A DNA stretch of 64,000 nt from Octopus bimaculoides (taxonomy: Eukaryota), in the NCBI RefSeq assembly GCF_001194135.2, contig NC_069005.1:7302234-7366233 (forward strand), given 5' to 3'. Under the pieces are notes generated by a model. It saw only the letters and a program-made list of their open reading frames with translations, made no database searches and was not told the DNA's origin. Every line of letters begins with the position of its first letter. Positions within the stretch are counted from its first letter, which is position 1. The position numbers and the translations under genes are program-made. This document shows positions 24,700 through 37,671 of the stretch, piece by piece.

Positions 24700-25247
24700 C
24701 TCTAAGCCATGCAAAAAGCCATAATGTCATGGAATTTTGTGCTTTTGAAGAAGGATTTTGACCAAGGAAAGAATACAATTGTCTGGATGTGTGAGGAAAG
24801 GAGAAGTGAGTTTTGGAAAATGATAACTATGATAGTCTTGGCAATCCAAAGGAAGAGGATTACAAAGAAATGAGAAGGAAGGTTGGTAGCAACTAGCTTT
24901 GTTATGATTCTAACTATTTCTTAATATATTAACCTATCTCCTAAGGCGGTGAGCTGACAGAATCATTAGCATGCCAAGCAAAATGCTTAGTGGCATTTCG
25001 TCCATCTTTTACATTCTGAGTTCAAATTCCGTTGAGGTTGACTTTGCCTTTCATCCTTTCAGGGTCAATGAAATAAGTACCAGTTGAGTACTGAAATCAA
25101 GAACCAACTTAAGCACTCTTTTGGAATTGCTAGTCCTGTGCCAAATTTTGAAACCAATAAATTAACCATCTCCAGAAAATCTTGTTTGTAAAGATGAATT
25201 AGGATCTTGGAAAAAGATAAACTCTGGCCAGATTGATGATCCCATTT

Positions 25248-25626
25248 AAAAGGATTAACTGTGATCACATGTAAAAGGATTAACTGTGATCACATGTAAA
25301 ATGATTAACTACAATCATTTGTAAAAGGATTAACCATGATCATATATAAAAGGATTAACTGTGATCACATACAAAAGGATTATCTGTAATCACATACAAA
25401 AGGATTAACTGTGATCACATGTAAAAGGATTATCTGTGATCACATGTAAAAGGATTAACTGTGATTACATTTAATGGATTAACTCCAATCACATGTAAAA
25501 GGATTATCCATAATCACATATAAAAGGATTAACTGTGATCACATATGATCATATGTAAAAGATTAACTATAATTACATATAAAAGGATTGATTATAATTA
25601 CATATAAAAGGATTAACTATGATTAA
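25248..25626. repeat. 25-bp minisatellite, about 15 copies
   Basis: Unit aaaaggattaactgtgatcacatgt with variants. Confidence 0.9.
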
Positions 25627-26053
25627 GTTGCTCAAATTCAATAGAAATCCTGCTTGTAAAAAAAGTAGATAAATTCTTGATTTGGTTGATATAAGACAGA
25701 AAAAACTCTAACATGAGATATAAAAGGGAAACAATGGTGAGCTTTATATTTTCTTTAAAACCTTGGCAGTTATTTCCTACTAAGAGCTTGGCTTATTCTA
25801 TTCATTGTGAATGTTTGGCTTAACTCATTGAATGTGGAAAGCAGAATTTATTACAGATAACTGTAGGAAGCAGTTTTACTCCACAGCTGTGAAAAAGCCT
25901 TCCCTTATACTGTAAGAAATGAAGATATCCTTTGTGACACTTTATACGAAAGACAATTTTTTAAAGATTTTCTGAAATTGTTCATCTATTTCATCAAATA
26001 TCTCTTTACAGAGCAAGAGTCAAATACTTTTAGTGATGGATGTGTAAATTATA

Positions 26054-26478
26054 CCATAAATCCTTGAGTATAATCCGCACTTTTTTCCCAAAATTTAAAG
26101 GTAAAAATTTCTAGCGCGTACTATATATGAGGTTAAAAATGAAAAATATTTTCCAACCAAAATTTTCTAAGTGATAAATATGTAAAGGCAATTTACTTAA
26201 TATTTATTTTTCGCTAACGTTATTACTGTTATTTCTTTATTTTCTGCAAACACAGTGCACAAAAAGGCTACATGTTTGCATTATGTTATATATACAATAA
26301 TAATAAAGGATGTTACCGTATATATGTTTACAAACCAAGGACGTTATATAGACCTCCTTGACTCAAGTTAGAGAAGCGGTGTGTATTATACGCAAGGTTT
26401 AGGTTTTTCAGAGGTACAGCCCCCTAAAAATCCCCTGTGTATTATACTCAAGTGTGGACTATACTTGAGGATTTACGG
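26054..26478. mobile_element. Tc1/pogo-type MITE (TA TSD)
   Basis: TA-ccataaatccttgagtataatccgcac vs revcomp TA-ccgtaaatcctcaagtatagtccacac. Confidence 0.75.
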
Positions 26479-29400
26479 TACCTACAGGAGATACTGAAAA
26501 TGTATTGCGGAAGCAGGAAAATATAAATTCCATTTTTGGTGAATAATTATCATTACAGGAATGATGATGAAATTTAAAGGTGCAGACATGGCTATATGGT
26601 AAGAAGCTTGCTTCCTAATAACATAGTCCCAGGTTCAGTCCCACTGTGTGGGCAAGTATCTTTTACATTGTGAGCTTTTACATTCTTTTACGTTCAGGTC
26701 AACCAAAGTCTTGTGAGTAGATTTGGTAGATGGGAACTGAAAGAAGCCTGTCGTATATATATATATATATATATATNNNNNNNNNNNNNNNNNNNNNNNN
26801 NNNNNNNNNNNNNNNNNNNNNNNNNNNNNNNNNNNNNNNNNNNNNNNNNNNNNNNNNNNNNNNNNNNNNNNNNNNNNNNNNNNNNNNNNNNNNNNNNNNN
26901 NNNNNNNNNNNNNNNNNNNNNNNNNNNNNNNNNNNNNNNNNNNNNNNNNNNNNNNNNNNNNNNNNNNNNNNNNNNNNNNNNNNNNNNNNNNNNNNNNNNN
27001 NNNNNNNNNNNNNNNNNNNNNNNNNNNNNNNNNNNNNNNNNNNNNNNNNNNNNNNNNNNNNNNNNNNNNNNNNNNNNNNNNNNNNNNNNNNNNNCTTCTA
27101 CTATAGCCTCGGGCCAACCAAAGCCTTGTGAGTGGATTTGGTAGACGGAAACTGAAAGAAGCCCGTCGTATATATGTATATGTATATATGTGTTTCTGTG
27201 TTTGTCCCTCCAACATCGCTTGACAACTGATGCTGGTGTGTTTACGTCCCCGTAACTTAGCGGTTTGGCAAAAAGATACCAATAGAATAAGTACAAGGCT
27301 TATAAAGAATAAGTCCTGGGGTCGATTTGCTCGACTAAAGGCGGTGCTCCAGCATGGCCGCAGTCAAATGACTGAAACAAGTAAAAGAGAGTATATGTAT
27401 GTATGTATATATGTATATATGTGTGTGTCTGTGTTTACCCGCACCATCGCTTGACAGCCGATGTTGGTGTGTTTACATTAACGCAACTTAGCAGTTCAGC
27501 AAAAGAGACCGATAGAATACAAAGAAGAAATCCTGGGGTTGATTTCTTCGATTAAAAGCCCTTTAAGATAGTGCTCCAGCATGGCCGCAGTCAAATGACT
27601 GAAACAAGTAATAGACTAAAAGAGTGAATTATGCAGTAACAGGATTAAGTTCCAGTGAAATAAACAGCATAACGATGGAACTGCATTCTGGTATTGACGA
27701 AGAAATATTCCAGTTTCTTCTATTAAGATACGCTCGTTAATTATCCTTTGGTTAAGCAGGGGAAGTTTCAATCAATTTTGAGTAAAAGCTTTTTGTTTTT
27801 TCCCCCTCCTCTGAGCATTCGAGGATTGAAGAAGAAAGAGAATCAGCTAGGAACAAATTTGGCTAGCATCAAACATGGCTGGCAAACTGCATACAAGAAC
27901 TGCCTTTATAAAGTGTGATTGAACATTTTTGCAGTGATCAGCTTAGCTCCATCTTACTCTCATACTGTCACATGCATGGCTGTGTGTTAGTCATATTCCA
28001 AATCATTAGAATCAATGCTATTTCCAAATAAGGGTAATGAGTTATCTATGAGTCAGATTAAAATATAACTATTTAAACTAAAACTAGATCATGATATTGG
28101 TAAAGGTGAAATTTAGGTCATATTAAAATTTAATCATTTAATCTAACACTAGATTTGGAGTCAGACCAAAATATAATCATTTAACCTTCTTGTTACCATA
28201 TTCCTGTTGAAATACGCTGCCTTTGCTTCAAATTAATGAAGAATTTAGTAAAATAACTTAGTCATTATTAACACTTTTGTTGCATTATTTCTATTGAAAT
28301 ACACTGTTCTCATCTCAATTAATTATAAAAATAATGAAGAGTTTAGTTAAAATAGCTTAATCATTATTTAACTTGATGTTTGGAACATAAATTAACATGA
28401 AATTTTGATGGAAGATTTTAACTTAGATCACTTTAAAACAAAGTTTGTATGGCAGATCCAGGGATNNNNNNNNNNNNNNNNNNNNNNNNNNNNNNNNNNN
28501 NNNNNNNNNNNNNNNNNNNNNNNNNNNNNNNNNNNNNNNNNNNNNNNNNNNNNNNNNNNNNNNNNNNNNNNNNNNNNNNNNNNNNNNNNNNNNNNNNNNN
28601 NNNNNNNNNNNNNNNNNNNNNNNNNNNNNNNNNNNNNNNNNNNNNNNNNNNNNNNNNNNNNNNNNNNNNNNNNNNNNNNNNNNNNNNNNNNNNNNNNNNN
28701 NNNNNNNNNNNNNNTAGTACTCATTCTATCGGTCTCTTTTGCTGAACCGCTAAGTTACGGGGGACATAAACACACCAACATCGGTTGTCAAGCGATGTTG
28801 GAGGGACAAACACAGACACACAAACATATATACATATACATATATACGACGGGCTTCTTTCAGTTTCCGTCTACCAAATTCACTCACAAGGCTTTGGTCG
28901 GCCCGAGGCTATAGTAGAAGACACTTGCCCAAGATGCCACGCAGTGGGACTGAACCCGGGACCATGTGGTTGGTAAGCAAGCTAATGAAAAATTTAGTAA
29001 AATAACTTAGTCATTATTAACACTTTTGTTGCATTATTTCTATTGAAATACACTGTTCTCATCTCAATTAATTATAAAAATAATGAAGAGTTTAGTTAAA
29101 ATAGCTTAATCATTATTTAACTTGATGTTTGGAACATAAATTAACATGAAATTTTGATGGAAGATTTTAACTTAGATCACTTTAAAACAAAGTTTGTATG
29201 GCAGATCCAGGGATGGTCTCAGACATGTTGGTATCAAAAGGGTTAAAGAGATAGAATAATTGAGCTGGCTATGGCTGATTTAACCCCCATGCATTCAGAT
29301 TACTCTGTCAAGTGTAAAGCCTTTTTATTCACGTTGTTTTGAATTAATCATGTATTATCTCATAGAGTTGAGATTTTGATGTGATTATTTATTTTTAGAA

Positions 29401-30222
29401 TGAAATTGTAGGGTAAGTGTGAGAGGCCAGATTTGGTCAGTTTGAATATAAAACAGGTAGAATACTTGAGCTGGTTGTGGTCAGTTCAAATGCTAAAAGG
29501 TTAAAAAAAGACTGTCTTAGCAATCTTCAGTATATCAGATGTACAGTCATGGCCAGAAGTTTGGAATATAGGTATGAAAATTAGAATTATTATATTAAAT
29601 GCCCAAAGATATATTTAATTAGCAAACCAGTAATCCCTCACCTTATCGCAGTTCACCTATTGGGGTTTATTATTTAAGCTTCCGTCAATTCCTCCATGGT
29701 GTGGTTTTGCATTTAAAATCATTTATATTATTTTTTAAAATATACAATACAATACTGTTTCTACTTTATGAATTTTCACCTATTGCAGAGGTTTTTGGAA
29801 CATAACACCCAAGGGATTACTGTATATTATTACGTGGCCAAAAGTTTAGAATATAGGTCCAAAAATTAGAATTCTTATATTAAATTCCCAAATATATACG
29901 TTTCGAATCAAATTTGGCATAACAATTTTAATTTTTTTAAAATGTTCCAAACCTTTGGCTAAAACTGTACATATCATACATTAGGTACAACAATAAAGAT
30001 TGTCTTAGCAATCTTCAGTGAGACTGTAACAATCTAAGTTGTTCTAAAAAGAACCAGTTTTTCTTCTTAATCATTCTTTTAATGTTTATCTTGTTTGACA
30101 GATTACAAAAAAAAACCCACCATGACTTGCCATATTACATGTTATAAACTAAATGTGGTTTAGAAATCTTGTCTTAGTAATTTTTCACTCAGATTTTGAT
30201 AACAGAACAAGTTGTTCTTTAA

Positions 30223-30443
30223 CCCTTTCGTTACTGTATTTATTTTGAGATGCTCTGTGTTTCTTTCAATTACTTTAAATATAACAAAGAATTTAGTAAA
30301 ATAACTTAGTTATCACTCAGCTAGTGTTAGGAACATAATTTGTGACTAAGGTTTGGTGGAGGATTTTAATTCAAAACTTATGAAAACAAGACATTTGTAC
30401 TACAGAGCCAGAGCTGGTTTCAGCCAGGTTGGTAACGAAAGGG
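30223..30443. mobile_element. piggyBac-type MITE (TTAA TSD)
   Basis: TTAA-ccctttcgttac ... gtaacgaaaggg-TTAA. Second copy at 51754-51975, truncated copy at about 52005-52090, related element at 28180-29250. Confidence 0.85.
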
Positions 30444-31129
30444 TTAAACTGTTTTTTTTTGTTATTTGTTTTGTTTTATCGTAATGTTTTGTTCTTTTGA
30501 TTTTGTTTTTCTTTATGTGTTTGAGAAATTATGGAGAAGAAATGAAAAAATTTTTTAAAAAGTACTTTGATTGTCATAACCTCACTGATGCTAAGAAAAG
30601 CTCTCTAAGTAATCCTCAGATATACTGTAAAAGAACTAGTCATTCTCTGAAAAGGCTAATATTACTTACACACCATCAATCTTCATGTTCTGAGTTCAAA
30701 TTCCACCAAAGTTGACTTTACTTTTCATTCTTTTGGGGTCGATAAAATAAACACCAGTTGAGCACTGGGGTTGAGCTCCATCCCCTGAAATTGCTGGCCT
30801 TGTGCCAAAATTTGAAATCACTATTACTTACACGCACACACACGACAGGCTGCTTTCAGTTTCTGTCTACCGAATCAACTCTGGTGCAGCTTTCCACCTG
30901 GCCAGCTCTGGCCAAACCATCCAATCACTAGTGTAGCTAGTGGGAGTGGGGACTGCCCCAGGCAGCACTTTTAGGTCTGCTGAAGGCAATATGTGTTTTT
31001 TGTGGGGTCTAGGTGCGGCAAACAGAAGGGCCGCCCAAGGTGGAACACACTCTAGCTACACTAGTGCATCCAATTCATGCCGGCATGGAAAAAGGATGTC
31101 AAAGGAAGATGATGGTGATGTTGAATATA

Positions 31130-31850
31130 ACCAGATGAGGTTTATTTTTCAACATAGTCCCCTTTGTGGCCCACACACTTCTTCCATCGGTGTTGCAGTG
31201 CTTGGATCCCATTGGTGAAGTAGCTTTCATTCTGTTGGTCAAAAATCATCAACAGCAGATATGAGGCCTTCGTCATTGTGATACTGGTTCCCAGCCAAGT
31301 GGTGTTTTGTTTTCTTTTTCATGTTGGAGAACAGATGATAGTCAGATGGGGTCAAATCAGGAGAATCATCATCATCATCATTTAACATCCGCTTTCCATG
31401 CTAGCATGGGTTGGACGATTTGACTGAAGACTGGTGAACTAGATGGCTACACCAGGCTACAATCTGATTTGGCAGAGTTTCTACAGCTGGATACCCTTCC
31501 TAGCGCCAGAGTATGGAGGGTACTCAACCAATTCAAGACTCGTGTTCTGGAACATTGTCGCGCTGAAACAAGACCCTTTTGTCAGTTTTCCTGGGAGTTT
31601 AGTCTCAATAGCCTTTTGTAACTGCCTCAGCAACTTGGCACAGTACTCTCCATTAATGGTATGGCTCTTTTGAAGACAGTCAACAAACACAATGCCTTTT
31701 GCATCCCCCCAAAACGAGACCATCACCTTCTCTGCAGATGAAACTACCTTGGCCTTCTTTGGAGCAAGTGGGGAAATGTGTTATCTCTGAATGGGTTGTC
31801 TGTTTGTCTCTGGCTCAAAGTAATGAAACCAACACTCAACCTGGTTCAGG
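31130..31850 (-). mobile_element. mariner (DD34D) transposase remnant
   Basis: Minus-strand pieces WFHYFEPET, KKAKVVSSAEKVMVSFWGDAKG, YPPYS/PDLTPSDYHLF, QHRWKKCVGHKGDYVEK*. Interrupted by a SINE tail at about 31370-31510 and followed by a minisatellite. Confidence 0.88.
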
Positions 31851-32340
31851 TGAGAGTGTATAGTGAGTGAGTGTATATAACAGGTGGGTGTGTATAATAG
31901 GTATATTAGGTGGGTGTGCATAGTGAGTGTATATAATTGCCAAATATGCATAGTAATTGCATGTACAGTAGGTGTGTACATCGGATGAATGTATAGTGTG
32001 TACACGATGTGAGTGTATATAGGTGAATGTATAGTGTGTACACTGTATGTATATAGTAGGCAAATGTGTATACTAGATGGGTGTGTACGGCGAGTGTATA
32101 GTAGGTGAATGTATAGTGTACACTATGTGAGTGTATATGATAGGCAAGTGTGTATACTAGATGAATGTGTACAGAGAGTGTATAGTAGGTGAATGTATAT
32201 AGTGTGTACACTGTGTGTATATAGTAGGCAAGTGTGTATACTAGATGGGTGTGTACAGTAGGTGAAGTGTATAGTAGGTGAATGTTTATAGTAAGTGAGT
32301 GTATATAGTATGTGAATGTATATTATAAGTGTATATAGCA
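31850..32340. repeat. Degenerate GT/TA-rich minisatellite next to the mariner remnant
   Basis: Recurrent gtatatagtaggtgaatgtatagtgtgtacac / gtatactagatg motifs. Confidence 0.75.
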
Positions 32341-33704
32341 GTCATGGTCAAACTGTGGCCTATGGACATTCAGGTAAATCCTTGAAATTTTTTTCCGTTA
32401 GTCGTGCAGTTCACCTGATGATGAATCATGAACGATGCAACCAGATTCTGCAAAAAAGGTTGTCCATGCTTGGTACGAGTGATGTAAGAGCGAATTGGAA
32501 AGGTCAGTGTTGAAAAGAAGCCAAGAAAGGTCAGCGAGTGAGTGAAAGAAAAGTCAGCCTTTCATATTGGTCAAGTTGGAAGATACAAAAAAAAAAAAAA
32601 AGCCAGTGGTCAAAAGTAAGGGACAGATGCTGAGACAAAAAAGTGAGTAGTGGGTGAAGGGGTAGGGGTNNNNNNNNNNNNNNNNNNNNNNNNNNNNNNN
32701 NNNNNNNNNNNNNNNNNNNNNNNNNNNNNNNNNNNNNNNNNNNNNNNNNNNNNNNNNNNNNNNNNNNNNNNNNNNNNNNNNGGGGGGGGGGGACGAAGAA
32801 GATAGACTTGGTCTCATTGTTCACACACTGCCTTTATCATCATCATCACAACCATCATTACCATTTTTATTATCACCATCCTCTCCTTGTCATCCCCTCC
32901 ATCATTGTCCCTATTATCATCACCATCACCATCATAATCATCGTTACCATTGTCCCCCTCATCGTTATCATAATCATCATCACCATATCCCCCTCCTCCT
33001 CCTCAACATTATCGTTTTTGGCAGCTATGGAGATGGTGCTAGCAGCAGTATCATCATCATCATCATCATCCCCCCCCCCCCTAACCAATATTTCTCTCAC
33101 CAGCCCCCGTTAAAAATTACCAGCATGGGAAAGCTCACAAGGGAGTTTCTTTAGGATCACTCAAGCAGTTAGAAATAGCAGCACCCTCCTTCACACCACC
33201 ATCATCTTATGATGGACATGTTAGATCACATTAAATTTCTTCCAACCCCTTCAAGTTTTATTCTTTTGTTTCAATCACTTGACTGTGGCCATGCTGGACC
33301 ATAACCTTGAAGGGTTTTAGTCAAACAAGTTGACCCCAGGATTTTTTTTTAAGCCTAGTACTTATTCTATCGGTCTCTTTTTGCCAAACCGCTAAATTAC
33401 AGGTATGTAAACGCACCAACACCAGTTATCAAGGAGGTGGTGGGGGACAAACACAGACACTTGCCCATACTGCCACAGAGTGGGACTGAACCTGTAACCA
33501 TGTAGTTGGGAAGCATCTTACCACACAGCCACACACGTGTCTACAAATTTTCTCCAGATTATTTTTTTTTTTAAATGGAGTTCTGATGTAGTTTTGTATA
33601 TTAATAACAGAAAGTGCATTCATGTTTTTTTCCCTAGAAATTAATGATAAAGAAGTTACAGGCATTTAAAGTTATGTAATTTTGACTAATCAAAAACGTC
33701 AATG

Positions 33705-33980
33705 GGTTCCCATTCCTAAGGTATTTTTCGGTGTTATTATTATTATTATTATTGTTCAGGTCACTGCTTCGATTCCAAGCAGTGACCTAAATAATAATAA
33801 TAATATCGAAAAATACCTTAGGAATGAGAACCCAGGTTTGAAATTTCCCCAAGACACCTAAAGAAGGCTGGATGGTATATCAGCTGAAATGTTGTGTTAA
33901 CAACAAACAAGATGAGGACAAATATCCGTTGAATGTAAATAATGTACATAATTCCTCATCTCTTAAATATAGAACTGTAT
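33705..33980 (+). mobile_element. Family E, copy 2
   Basis: Same body and tail as 6220-6545, with about 60-bp inverted duplication at its 5' end. Confidence 0.8.
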
Positions 33981-34334
33981 TTCTACAATTTCACCAACTC
34001 CAATACCTGGCTTCCTAATTCCCCCAATTGTAATCCAATGGATTACTATGTGTGGGCTGCAGTTGAGAAAAACACCAACCACCCTGTTTGCAACACTGAG
34101 GCTGAATTGGTGACTTGGAAACAATAAGTACTGGGGTCAATTTGTTCGACTAAAGCCCTTCAAAGAGGTGCCCCAGCATGGCCATAGACTAATGACTGAA
34201 ACAAGTACAAGATAAAAGACAAGAGATTAAACAGATATTCCAACAAAAAAAGACATGTTTAAATGATTTTATTAAAGAAAGATAAATTTGTTAAAAACTG
34301 GAGTTTAATGAAGGAAGCGTGGTCAGGTAATAAG

Positions 34335-34544
<210 letters not shown>

Positions 34545-36243
34545 TCAATCTTTCATCAAAACAAGTCTGGACATGAAGAATGTTAATCTGCTTAGAAACA
34601 GATGAGTTGCCCTTCAAAATGCTAATCAGTTTACAGAGTGGACTGGGTGCTTTTTTATTTAGAACCAGTGTTGGGGAGGTCACCAAGTAACTTGCAAAAT
34701 GTGAAATAATAGTTTTAGAAATGGTGAATCTTAAACCAAATAAAGCTATAGATAATCCTTTCTACTAATGGCACAAGGCCTGAAATTTTGATAGGGGAAT
34801 GGTCAATTACATTGACCCCCGCCAGTGTGTAACTGGTACTTAATTTATCAACTCTGAAAGGATGAAAGGCAAAGTCGACCTCGGCGGAATTTGAACTCAG
34901 AACATAAAGACAGACAAAATGCTGCCAAGAATTTTGCCCGGCATGCTAATGATTTTACCAGCTCGTTGCCTTGCTATAAATAACAGCATGTAACCTTGTC
35001 ATCATCATCATCACTTGCATCTGTTTTCCATGGTAGCATGAGTATGATGGTTTGACTGGAGCTTGTACACACACATACATGTGCGTATGTCTGCCTTATC
35101 TTCGAAACGTCTAGTTAGAATAGCGGCAGCTGACGAAGGATTAATTCCAAGTGGCTTTCTATTTTCCTATGTGTTCGTTCCGTTGTCTGTAGTTCATTGT
35201 TCTAACGTCCTGTACCCTGATATGCATATATATACACATGTAGATGTAAGTATGTACATATATGTGTGTATACATGCATATATATTCTTTATATATATAT
35301 ATATTTGCGAACCCATGGAAAATGAACCTCCACACAAAAACAGTGCTAGGCTTACAAAGCATAAATTCTGGGGTCAATTTCTTCAACTAAAACCCTTTAG
35401 GGCAGTGCCCTAGCATGGTCGCCGTCAAATGACTGAAACAAGTAAAAGAATAAAAGAATATATGTGCCACATAAAAAAAAAAGCACTCAAGTCACTGTGT
35501 GTAAAGTGGTTGACATTAGAAATGGCATGCAGCCATTAAAAAAACTATGCCAAAACTGTCCTCTCTACTGCCGGAGCGGAATAATAAGCACTCAATCCAC
35601 TCTGTAAGGTGGTTGGCATTAGGAAGGGCATCCAGTTGTAGAAATCGTGCTGACTAAAACAATGTAAGTGGATATGGTACACGGAAATTGAAAAAAAGCC
35701 GGTCTTCTAGATAAATGTGTGTGTGAGTGACTGCACCATTGTATTTGTCTCCTACCACTGTTTGATAACTGGTGTTGGTTTGTTTATGACCTCCGTAACT
35801 TAGCGGTTCAACAAAAAAGTGACCGATGGAATAAGTACCAGGCTTGGAAAAACAAAAAAGGAGCAAAGGGGTCGATTTGTGGTGGTACCTCAGTATGGAT
35901 GCAGTCTGATGATTGAGACGGGTACCCAATTTGGAAAAGAGGGAGGTGAGAGAAATATGTGGTGGTGGTGAAGATGTGCCAAGCCGTTCGCTTATTTTTG
36001 AAAGAACCCAGAAGCCCCAGTACCGACTGTGTTCATTGCTATATCGAAAGTGAAGAGACCAAAATTATCAACGACTTTTAGTGAAGCAAGGGAATTAACT
36101 CGTACCAGATGCTAGAACTTCAGTGAGAATTTCGTAAAATCTCTGCAACACAAACGTAATCACATATATATATGTTTGACAGTTTGGGCGGGTAAATAGT
36201 GTATAATATGCTTGGGCAATCACACACACACACACACAAATAC

Positions 36244-36276
<33 letters not shown>

Positions 36277-37671
36277 TGATATTTTGGTCTTTCCATATAT
36301 ATATATAAACCTGGCATTCCGTTCAACGGAACAGCCTGCTCATGAAATTAACGTGTAACTGGCTGAGTACTCCACAGGCACACGCACCCTCAACGTAGTT
36401 CTCAAGAAGATTCAGTGCAACACTGAATGTAACAAGGCCGCTCCTTCAAATTACAGGTACAACTCATTTTTGGCAGCTGCGTGGAGTGGAGCAAAGTGAA
36501 AGAAAGTGTCTTGCTCAAGGACACAACATGCCGTCGGGAATCGAACTCAAGACTTTACGGTCGTAAACCGATTACCCTAATCACTAAGCAACACACGTCA
36601 GCACGTTTATATATAGTATATATCTAAAGGCAAAGCGGCGAGCTGGCAGAAACGTTAGCACGCCGGGCAAAATGCTTAGCAGTATTTCGTCTGTCTCTAC
36701 GTTCCGAGTTCAACTTTGCCTTTCATTCTTTTGGGGTCGATTAAATAAGTACCAGTTACGCACTGGGGTTGATGTAATCGACTTAATCCCTTTGTCTGTC
36801 CTTGTTTGTCCCCTCTATGTTTAACCCCTTGGGGGCAATAAAGAAATAAGAAACGTTAGCATGCCAGGCGAAATGCTTAGCGGTATTTCGTCTGTCTTGA
36901 TGTTCTGAGTTCAAATTCCGCCGAGGTCGACTTTGCCTTTCATCCTTTCGAGGTCAATAAATTAAGTACCAGCTGCGTACTGGGTCGATCTAATCAACTG
37001 GCCTGGCCCTCTCCCCCAAAATTTCGGGCCTTGTGCCTAGAGTAGAAAATGTACATCTTAAGACACAGGTGTAGCCATATGGTAAGAAATTTGCTTCTTG
37101 ACCACATGGTCTCGGGTTCAGTTCCACTGTGCAACACCTTGGGCTGACCAAAACCTTGTAAGTGGATTTGGTAGATGGAAATTGAAAGAAGCTTGTCGTA
37201 TATATACATATATACATATGTGTGTTACTGTCTACTCCTGGCCTTGACTGCATCTGATACTTGTAAACGAATTTCACCGTGATGCTAGCAGTGTCCTCGG
37301 TTTTAAATCATTCGTGAAAACATGCCTGGCCATGGAGAATATTAACCTGCTTAGAAACAGGTGAGTTGCCCTTCTAAATATCAACCGCTTTACCGAGTAG
37401 ACTGGGCGCTTTTTACTTAGCATTAACTGGCCAGGTCACCAAGTAACTTGTAGAAATCTTGTTTATTATTTCTGACCATATTGTGCATTTACGGATTTCA
37501 ATCACTGGTGTGTGGTCATGATGGAGCACCACCACGAATTCGGTTAATTACATCGACCCTAGGACTTTGGTTCTTTTAGTGACATCTTAAGGGGGACAAC
37601 TCCGTCGGTCAGAAACTATATTTCTGGTCAATGCACTGGTTTTTAACCTTTCTCCAAGATTAACACACATA

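Noticed and set aside
23311-25626. CRISPR-like arrays
   Set aside because: Eukaryotic DNA; the units are contiguous with no unique spacers, and there are no cas genes.
28242-29214. Exact 224-bp direct duplication (28242-28465 = 28991-29214)
   Set aside because: The first copy ends exactly at an N gap and the two copies are identical; most likely a scaffolding overlap artefact, like the short overlaps at 3047-3090 and 3306-3365.
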